NCBI GenBank assembly: GCA_027452085.1
Contig: DAIDHG010000015.1
Coordinates: 1 to 21,563, forward strand
DNA: 21,563 bases
DNA from: a bacterium
Lineage (GTDB): Bacteria; Babelota; Babeliae; Babelales; JABCYS01
Reading direction: 5' to 3'
A program made the position numbers and the translations under genes. Shown piece after piece: positions 7,932 through 15,600 of this stretch (position 1 is the first letter of the stretch; every line of letters begins with the position of its first letter). The notes below the pieces were generated by a model. That model did no database searches, was not told the DNA's origin, and was given only the letters and a program-made list of their open reading frames with translations.

Positions 7932-8228
7932 AACCCGCCTCGTCCGGTTGAATTAATTACAACAGTTTACGGCATGCGCGAACAGTGTGCAATATTAGAA
8001 ATAAGATCGGCATGCATCGATCATGACTGAAGATCATGGGGAACTTGTTTTTGTAAATCACATTGCATAGCTTTTCTATTAATTTATTTCATAATCTAAT
8101 TGGCAACATTCTTTTTCGAGCCGCTGTTAGTCAAAAGGTGGCATGCGCAGTGTTGCGAGCGCCCACTTATTTCCAAGAGGGCCGTCAGGTATACTTTCAC
8201 TCAGATTGTAACTTAAGGATCTCTATCA

Positions 8229-8471
8229 ATGTGTGATAAGAAAAATGCCGAGTGCCAAGATTACGTGGTCTGTGGCTGCAATAATGTATGGTATTCCGAG
8301 ATTAAAAAGGCTATAGAAGAAGGCGCTCATACCATTGAAACTATCAAGGAAAAAACATTAGCCAGCACCGGGTGCGGCACCTGCCAGCGTGAGGTTGAGC
8401 GCGTTTTGCAGGAGAAGAGCGCCGAGCGATCCAAAAAAGGCTGCTGTGGAGGCGGCTGTCGTACGAGATGA
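8229..8471 (+). CDS. BFD-like [2Fe-2S]-binding protein
   Basis: VCGCNNV...IKKAI...ASTGCGTC gives the C-x-C ... C-x2-C pattern; AAGGA RBS; extra GCCGGGC tail. Confidence 0.85.
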   Translation: MCDKKNAECQDYVVCGCNNVWYSEIKKAIEEGAHTIETIKEKTLASTGCGTCQREVERVLQEKSAERSKKGCCGGGCRTR

Positions 8472-8485
8472 AATAAGCCGCAAAT

Positions 8486-8513
8486 TTGATTTCATCATAA
8501 AAATCCCTAAAAT
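8486..8513 (+). promoter_or_regulatory. Putative promoter of the tRNA cluster
   Basis: TTGATT, 16 nt, TAAAAT, ending about 37 nt before tRNA-Tyr. Confidence 0.4.
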
Positions 8514-8550
8514 GTCCTGACCTTTTATTTGAAAATCACGTAAAAATTAC

Positions 8551-8632
8551 GGCGAGATGCCCGATTGGATAAGGGGACGGACTGTAAATCCGTTGGCTTA
8601 CGTCTTAACTGGTTCGATTCCAGTTCTCGCCA
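8551..8632 (+). tRNA. tRNA-Tyr (GTA)
   Basis: Acceptor GGCGAGA/TCTCGCC, anticodon loop CT-GTA-AA, long variable arm, T-loop TTCGATT; CCA not encoded. Confidence 0.96.
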
Positions 8633-8639
8633 TTGGTAT

Positions 8640-8715
8640 GCGGGAGTAGCTCAATTGGCAGAGCGACAGCCTTCCAAGCTGTAGGTTGCGGGTTCGAGAC
8701 CCGTTTCCCGCTCCA
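8640..8715 (+). tRNA. tRNA-Gly (TCC)
   Basis: GCGGGAG/TTCCCGC acceptor, ACAGC-CTTCCAA-GCTGT anticodon arm, ends TCCA. Confidence 0.97.
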
Positions 8716-8729
8716 AAAGTTTCGCTGGC

Positions 8730-8773
8730 GTCCCTCGATACAATTTGCTCCGCAAATCACTCGGGATGAGCGG
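8730..8773. repeat. REP-like palindromic element
   Basis: GTCCCTCGATAC-A-ATTTGC-TCC-GCAAAT-CA-CTCGGGATGAGCGG forms a nested hairpin; its ends resemble the element at 21478-21503. Confidence 0.65.
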
Positions 8774-8815
8774 GGGGCATTGCGATATAATGGGCCGGGG
8801 TGATGCAAAATATTC

Positions 8816-8888
8816 GCTGGCGTAGCTCAGTTGGTAGAGCAGCTGATTTGTAATCAGCAGGTCGCTGGTTCAAGTCCAGTCGCCAGCT
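8816..8888 (+). tRNA. tRNA-Thr (TGT)
   Basis: GCTGGCG/CGCCAGC acceptor, GCTGA-TTTGTAA-TCAGC anticodon arm; CCA not encoded. Confidence 0.97.
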
Positions 8889-8952
8889 TGCATATTTTGC
8901 TTGTTTTTCATACCCTATACGCCACTCGTTTTAATGATTCTTGTAAAATAAT

Positions 8953-9027
<75 letters not shown>

Positions 9028-9043
9028 CTAACCGGATAACAAC

Positions 9044-9202
9044 ATGGCTAAAAACCGCATAATCACACATCTTTCTTGTGGTCAATGCAAAGAGCGTAAC
9101 TATACCCAAGTGGTTGGTAAAAAGCGCACCGTTGGCTCATTAAATTTGCGTAAATATTGCCGCCATTGCCGTAAGCATGAGGCTCATAAAGAGTCCAAGT
9201 AA
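9044..9202 (+). CDS. rpmG: 50S ribosomal protein L33 (Zn-ribbon form)
   Basis: Hand translation, 52 aa: MAKNRIITHLSCGQCKERNYTQVVGKKRTVGSLNLRKYCRHCRKHEAHKESK; two CxxC motifs; usual position before tRNA-Trp and secE. Confidence 0.96.
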   Translation: MAKNRIITHLSCGQCKERNYTQVVGKKRTVGSLNLRKYCRHCRKHEAHKESK

Positions 9203-9225
9203 GAATTTGGCATTGGCATGAGATT

Positions 9226-9298
9226 AGGCCAGTAGCTCCAATGGTAGAGCGACAGTCTCCAAAACTGTATGTTGGGGGTTCGAGTCCCTCCTGGCCTG
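9226..9298 (+). tRNA. tRNA-Trp (CCA)
   Basis: AGGCCAG/CTGGCCT acceptor, ACAGT-CTCCAAA-ACTGT anticodon arm. Confidence 0.97.
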
Positions 9299-9350
9299 TA
9301 TAATTGGAGTCATGGCTGTGATGGAAGCTAAAAGTATACATAGGGTACCG

Positions 9351-9548
9351 ATGACAAAAGATATCACACGGTTTCTGGCAGAAGTTAAAGCCGAAATGGC
9401 CAAAGTTGTTTGGCCGAGCTGGCATGATTTAGTTGCTTCGACTATAATTGTGCTCATTCTCGTTACAATTTTTGCCATTTATTTAGGGGCAGTCGACCTT
9501 GTTCTTTCTAAGGCGGCGGAACTGTTCCTCTTTGGTGTAAGAGCATAA
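9351..9548 (+). CDS. secE: Preprotein translocase subunit SecE
   Basis: FLAEVKAEMAKVVWPS motif plus one TM helix; lies between tRNA-Trp and nusG. Confidence 0.95.
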   Translation: MTKDITRFLAEVKAEMAKVVWPSWHDLVASTIIVLILVTIFAIYLGAVDLVLSKAAELFLFGVRA

Positions 9549-9572
9549 AAGACAACAAGAGCGGCGCACGCA

Positions 9573-10292
9573 ATGGAAATGTTCATGGAATTAACCTCAT
9601 TCACCCATATCGCTGATCCGGTAGATGTTCAGGATGGCCAAGACTCAGTAAATGCAGCTGCATCTGATGCTGCTGAAACTACTGAAGGGAAAAAGCCAGC
9701 ACGGGCAAAAAAAGTAGCACCTCAGAAAAAAGCTCAGTCGGAAGCTGAAGTAGCGCCAACCGGCCTGGCGAAACGTTTTTATGTGGTTCAGGTCTATGCA
9801 GGGTTTGAAGAGCAGGTTAAAACCGATATTGAGCGTCAAATTGCCAAGCAAGAGCTGCAGGATCTCTTCGGGGCGGTGCTTATACCGTCGGCTAAAGTAA
9901 AAAAATTCTTTGAGATTGAAGAAGGCGAAGCTGAGCAGCAACTGTTCCCCGGCTATATCCTGGTAGAAATGGAGCTGGTGCCGCAGGCCATGCATTTAGT
10001 TATGGAGACCCCTCGGGTTATTAAGTTTTTAGGCGGAAGACAGCCGAGCCCCCTGACAAAAAAAGAAATTGACCGTATTATGTCTCAGGTCAAAGGGGAA
10101 GTGAAAATTTCTGCGCCAGTCGCGGTTGATTTTGTGGTTGGCACTGAAGTAGAGATTGTCGATGGGCCATTTGCCGGATTTGTGGGCCTGATCGATAAGG
10201 TCGATAAAGAAGCTGAAAGACTTACGGTAATGGTAAGTATTTTTGGACGATCAACCCCGGTAGAGCTAAGATTTGATCAAGTGAAACGCTAA
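9573..10292 (+). CDS. nusG: Transcription termination/antitermination factor NusG with N-terminal extension
   Basis: FYVVQVYAGFE, LFPGYILVEM, KOW VEIVDGPFAGFVG, VSIFGRSTPVEL. Confidence 0.97.
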   Translation: MEMFMELTSFTHIADPVDVQDGQDSVNAAASDAAETTEGKKPARAKKVAPQKKAQSEAEVAPTGLAKRFYVVQVYAGFEEQVKTDIERQIAKQELQDLFGAVLIPSAKVKKFFEIEEGEAEQQLFPGYILVEMELVPQAMHLVMETPRVIKFLGGRQPSPLTKKEIDRIMSQVKGEVKISAPVAVDFVVGTEVEIVDGPFAGFVGLIDKVDKEAERLTVMVSIFGRSTPVELRFDQVKR

Positions 10293-10304
10293 ACGAGAAG
10301 AACA

Positions 10305-10727
10305 ATGGCAAAAGAAATAAAAGCTAAATTGAAGTTGCAGATTGCTGGTGGCGCTGCAACCCCCGCTCCTCCAGTTGGTTCTACTTTGGGTCAGCACCAA
10401 GTAAACATCATGGAATTCTGCAAGCAGTTCAATGCAAAAACTGCGAGCCGCAAGGGTGAAACGGTTCCTGTTATTATCAACGTTTACAAAGATAAGACGT
10501 TTGATTTCGTCGTAAAAACTTCTCCAACATCTGAACTCATTAAAAAGCGTGGCAATATTGCCAAGGGTGCTTCCAAGACTGGCGCTGAACAAGTTGGTCA
10601 AATTGGATGGAAAGAGATCGAAGAGATTGCAAAGATTAAGATGCCTGATTTGAATGCATTTGATCTTGAACAAGCAAAAAAAATCGTCGCCGGTACTGCG
10701 CGAAGCATGGGCGTAAAAGTCGTATAA
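10305..10727 (+). CDS. rplK: 50S ribosomal protein L11
   Basis: ATPAPPVG, NIMEFCKQFNA, GTARSMG. Confidence 0.99.
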   Translation: MAKEIKAKLKLQIAGGAATPAPPVGSTLGQHQVNIMEFCKQFNAKTASRKGETVPVIINVYKDKTFDFVVKTSPTSELIKKRGNIAKGASKTGAEQVGQIGWKEIEEIAKIKMPDLNAFDLEQAKKIVAGTARSMGVKVV

Positions 10728-10758
10728 TAATTAATAGAAGCAACTAAATAGGATCACA

Positions 10759-11457
10759 ATGGCAGAGCGTGGAAAAAAATATCGTGCAGCTCGGGAAAAA
10801 GTATCTGATGCGGCGCTATCAGCTGAACAAGCGATGGCAAAAGTAAAAGATATTGCCCATGCAAAATTTGATGAATCTGTAGACGTACATATTAATCTTG
10901 GTATTGATCCAGCCAAAGGCGAGCACTCGGTGCGTGGTTCACTCGTATTGCCACACAGCCTTGGTAAAGCCCCACGTGTGATCGTATTTGCAAAGAATGA
11001 ATATGCAGATGCAGCCAAGAAGGCTGGTGCTGATCTTATTGGTACTGATGATCTCGTTGAAAAAATTCTCGGCGGTTGGATGGATTTTGATTATGCAGTA
11101 GCTACCCCAGATCTTATGGGTATGGTTGGTAAACTGGCAAAAATTCTTGGTCCTCGCGGCCTATTGCCAAACAAAAAAGTTGGTACGGTTACGTTTGAAG
11201 TTGGCGAAGTAGTGAACGACCTTAAAAAGGGTCGTGTCTTCTTTAAAAATGATAAGAGCGGCCTGGTTCACTTTACCATCGGCAAAGCTTCATTCGCTCC
11301 TAAAAATCTCTATGAAAATTTTGTAGCATTTATCTCTGCGTTAAGCGCAGCTAAGCCATCATCTTCTAAAGGTAGATTTATTAGAAAGATTACCGTGTGT
11401 CCAACCATGGGGCCGGCACTGTTTATTAACCCAGAAGAAGCGGTCAAGCAAGCCTAA
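10759..11457 (+). CDS. rplA: 50S ribosomal protein L1
   Basis: KFDESVD, LGPRGLLPNKKVGTVT, TMGP. Confidence 0.99.
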   Translation: MAERGKKYRAAREKVSDAALSAEQAMAKVKDIAHAKFDESVDVHINLGIDPAKGEHSVRGSLVLPHSLGKAPRVIVFAKNEYADAAKKAGADLIGTDDLVEKILGGWMDFDYAVATPDLMGMVGKLAKILGPRGLLPNKKVGTVTFEVGEVVNDLKKGRVFFKNDKSGLVHFTIGKASFAPKNLYENFVAFISALSAAKPSSSKGRFIRKITVCPTMGPALFINPEEAVKQA

Positions 11458-11474
11458 TTTAGAAAGATGAGATC

Positions 11475-11999
11475 ATGAACAGACAACAAAAAGAACAATC
11501 AGTTTCTTCTCTGCATCAAGAGCTTGCGTCATCGAGTGCTTCGTTTTTGGTAGGCTATCAAGGTCTGACAGTAAGTGAGCTTGAGAAGCTTCGCAAGAGT
11601 TTGCGAGCACAAGGTGGTAAGTTCCAAGTAGCGAAAGCTCGCTTGATGAAACTTGCTGCAAAAGATACACCCGGTGCAGCAGAGATGGTTCCTTATTGCA
11701 AGCAACAAGTTGGCCTTGTGTTTGCAAGCCAAGAGTCTCCAGCAATTGCAAAAACGTTAGTTAATTTTGCTAAAGATCATAATGGTCTGAAAATTATTGT
11801 TGGTTGCACTGAACAAAAATTAATTGATGCAAAAACAATTAACTTCCTAGCAACCATTCCACCGCGCGAAGTGCTCTTGGCACAACTGTGTGGCGTGTTG
11901 AATGGACCTGTGGCTGCACTTGCTCGTGTACTTCACGCAATCAGCACCAAAGGGCAAGAAGCAACACCAGAGGCACCTGCTGAACAAGCAGCCGCATAA
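11475..11999 (+). CDS. rplJ: 50S ribosomal protein L10
   Basis: YQGLTVSELEKLRKSLR, LATIPPREVLLAQL; synteny. Confidence 0.96.
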   Translation: MNRQQKEQSVSSLHQELASSSASFLVGYQGLTVSELEKLRKSLRAQGGKFQVAKARLMKLAAKDTPGAAEMVPYCKQQVGLVFASQESPAIAKTLVNFAKDHNGLKIIVGCTEQKLIDAKTINFLATIPPREVLLAQLCGVLNGPVAALARVLHAISTKGQEATPEAPAEQAAA

Positions 12000-12037
12000 T
12001 TACAATTTTTCACCTATCATTTACTAACGGAGCTATT

Positions 12038-12418
12038 ATGGCAGCTAAATACGAAAAATTCATTGACGAAATCAGTGCGATGTCGGTTATCGACCTTGCA
12101 GAACTCGTTAAAGCACTTGAAACCAAATTTGGTGTTTCAGCAGCAATGCCGGTTGGCGCAATGATGCCAGCAGCAGCAGCTGAAGCGGCAGCACCAGCTG
12201 AAGAAAAATCTGAATTCAAGGTTACCTTGAAAGAAGGTGGCAGCGATAAGATCAAAGTGATCAAGGCGCTCCGTCAAGTTACTACCCTTGGCTTAACTGA
12301 AGCTAAGAAAGCTGTCGAAGAAGCTCCAACCACCTTGGGTGATGCAGTTCCTAAAGACAAAGCTAAGGAAATGAAGACGGTCCTTGAAGCGGCCGGCGCT
12401 AAAGTTGAGCTTGCATAA
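12038..12418 (+). CDS. rplL: 50S ribosomal protein L7/L12
   Basis: ELVKALETKFGVSA, EEKSEF, KIKVIK, LGLTEAK. Confidence 0.99.
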   Translation: MAAKYEKFIDEISAMSVIDLAELVKALETKFGVSAAMPVGAMMPAAAAEAAAPAEEKSEFKVTLKEGGSDKIKVIKALRQVTTLGLTEAKKAVEEAPTTLGDAVPKDKAKEMKTVLEAAGAKVELA

Positions 12419-12444
12419 GCTCCAACTTTTTTTACAACATACAG

Positions 12445-12478
12445 AGCAGAGAGGTGTTTTTTACGCCTCTCTGCTTTT
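12445..12478 (+). terminator. Terminator/attenuator between rplL and rpoB
   Basis: AGCAGAGAGGTG-TTTTTTA-CGCCTCTCTGCT-TTT; 12-bp stem. Confidence 0.7.
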
Positions 12479-12693
12479 GCATCCAAATCAGATTTTACAC
12501 CGCGGTTATGCAACAAGGTATACGTCTTTGGATGCAGGATAAATTGCAATATATGGCAAGCAGCCATAAAAAATGTCAGAAGTTATGAAGCAGAGGTAAG
12601 GGGTGACCTTATCTCGAACTTGCGACGTTTTTTTACATACAAGATGGTGTCATAGCAATGGGTGGGCCACACCAGAACCCAGAGGGAGCAAGC

Positions 12694-15600
12694 ATGTCTT
12701 TGATCAATGTCGTTAGAGGGGTAATTCGAAAGTCATTTGGGAAAATTAAGGATATGGTTCCTGTTCCAAATCTTATCGAAATTCAATCCCGTTCTTTTAA
12801 TGACTTTGTCCAGTTAGACTATCTGCCGGCAGAGCGCCAACAGATTGGGCTGGAAAAAGTTTTGCGTGATATTTTCCCCATCGATCATGAAGGGAAGATG
12901 TCACTTGAGTATGTAAGTTATGAACTCGGTCATTGGGCGTGCATTTGCGGAAAGCTCACTGGCATAACCAATCGCTATACATGGACATGCACCTCGTGCA
13001 AGAAAGGGGATTGCTCACGTCTTGATGCAACACTCGCATGCCCATCGTGCAAAAAGAAATCAGCTCGTTATAAAACCTGCACAAACTGTCTATCACGCGT
13101 TTCAATTCGCCCAGCAATGACGGTTGATGAATGTCGTGCTTCTGGTCAATCATTCTCAATGCCACTCAAGATTCGTATCCAGTTAATTACCTGGGATGAA
13201 GAAGCAGCAGCCAAGGGCAAAAAGGTTGTACGCGACATTAAAGAACAAGATATCTTCTTTGCAGATGTTCCTGTGATGATGGATCTGTATGAAGAAGATG
13301 GTCGCTTTAAACTCGGTAACCAGGGTACCTTCCTTATCAATGGTGTTGATCGCGTTGTGGTCAGCCAAATTCACCGTTCTCCTGGGGTGTTCTTCTCACA
13401 AAGTAAAAAAACTAAAGACGTTCGTGGCCGTCCATTCTACCTAGCTCGCATTATTCCAATGCGCGGTGCCTGGTTGGATATGGAGTTTGATAGCTCTGAT
13501 AATATCTACGTACGTATCGATAAAAAGAAAAAAGTTCTTGCCACCACCTTATTACAAGCATTGGGCATTCCTCGTAGCTCATTGATTCCAATGTTCTACC
13601 CAGCCGATGTGGTTGTCGTTGAAAATGGTGAGCCATTCCGCCCGGTAAACCAAAGCATTGTTGGTATTCGTATTGAAAAAGGCATGCTGCCCGGTAAGCT
13701 GGAAGACCAATTTGTTGGGATGCGTGTCACCAAGGATATGCTTGAAAAATTAAAGGCTGCAAAAGTTAAAGAGCTTATTCTGACTCCTGGGCATGTCATT
13801 AATAAGGTTGCTGCGGCCGATGTGATGAATCCTGAAACCGGTGAAATCATTATCGAACAAGGCCAGCAGATTTCTGAAGAGCAGTTTGAGCAACTCAAAG
13901 AGTTTAAAAAGATCGATGTGTCATTGGTAGCTTCTGGTTATGTGGTACAGCCGACCATTGCAACCACATTGCTTCAAGACCCTGCGCGTAGCCAGGAAGA
14001 TGCAATTCGTGAAGTTCACTCAAAATTGTGGCCTGGCGACAGTGCTTCGGTGCGTGAAGTCCGTGAACGTCTTGAAAATATGTTCTTCTCGCCCAAATTG
14101 TATGATCTTACCCGTGTGGGCCGTATTCGCATGAACCGTAAGCTTGGTCTTACCATTCCAGACACGACAACGGCATTAACCCTTGAAGATCTTGTTGCTA
14201 CATTAAAATATCTCGTTGGCCTGCGTGAACGTGCAGAAGGCACATTGGATGACGTGGATCACCTAGGCAATCGTCGCGTGCGCTTGGTCGGTGAACTATT
14301 AACCAATCAAGTCTACGTTGGCTTTACTCGTATCGATCGCATTGTGCGTGAAAAGTTCCGCATGCTGGAAACCAACGCCGCACTGATGCCGCAAGATTTT
14401 CTTAATGTGAAACCATTAGGTGCTGTGTTGAGAGAATTCTTTGGCACTGGCCAACTTTCACAATTTATGGATCAAACCAACCCATTGGCTGAGATTGCGC
14501 ACAAACGTCGTCTATCAGCCCTCGGGCCCGGCGGTGTGATGAAAGATCGTGCAACGTACGAAATTCGTGACGTTCACACCTCGCACTATGGTCGAATTTG
14601 TCCAATCGAAACCCCTGAAGGTCAAACCATTGGTCTTATTTCATCTCTAGCCACGTATGCGATGGTGAACGATCTTGGTTTCATCGAAACGCCATATCGC
14701 CCCGTTGTTGATGGTAAGATCAAAGATGAGGTGGTGTTCTTGGATGCATTCCAAGAAGCAAACAAATACATTACCCAAAGTAGCGCAGCAGAAACTGATC
14801 AGCATAAGTTAAAGCCAGGACGCGTATTCGTTCGCCACGAAGGCAACTTTGAATTTGCTGATCGCGATGAAGTTAACTATATCGACCTCTCGCCAAAGCA
14901 GTTGGTTTCAGTAGCAACTGCGCTTATTCCGTTCCTTGAGCATGACGACGCGAGCCGTGCGCTTATGGGCTCAAACATGCAACGCCAAGCGGTGCCGTTA
15001 ATTGCCTGCAAGCCACCATTGGTTGGTACGGGCATGGAACCTGAAATTGTAAAAGCGACCGGCGCTATTATTACGGCAAAGCGTGGTGGTATCGTTGAAT
15101 ACGTATCATCAGATAAGATCATTATTCGCGCAAATGCGGAAGATTTTGCAACCATCGATGATTGGATTGCACAAGGTATTGATACCTATTATCTGCGTAA
15201 GTTTGAACGTTCAAGCTACAGCACATGGATTCACCAAGCGCCTATCGTAAAACCAGGCGACGTGGTAAAAGCAGGTGATGTATTGACCAACGGTCCAGCT
15301 ATTATCGATGGTGAGTTGGCACTTGGGTCAAACTTAAACGTTGCTTTCATGCCGTGGTACGGCTACAACTTTGAGGACGCAATCGTCGTCAGCCGCCGTT
15401 TAGTTGCTGATGACTCATTGACCTCAGTGCACATTGACGAAGAAGTGGTCGAAGCTCGTGAAACAAAACTCGGGCCTGAAGAAATTACCCGTGATATTCC
15501 AAACGTGAGTGAAGCGGCGCTCGAATGCCTCGATGAAGATGGTATCGTTCGCATCGGTACTCGCGTGAAAGCTGGCGATATTTTGGTAGGTAAAGTGACC

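Noticed and set aside
7932..8228. Repeated GGCATGC motifs as sigma54 promoters or a riboswitch
   Set aside because: GG-N10-GC spacing is not met, and I recognise no aptamer consensus.
14430..14660. Rifampicin-resistance substitutions in RpoB
   Set aside because: Key cluster I residues (Q, D, H, R, S in SQFMDQTNPLAEIAHKRRLSALG) match the sensitive consensus.
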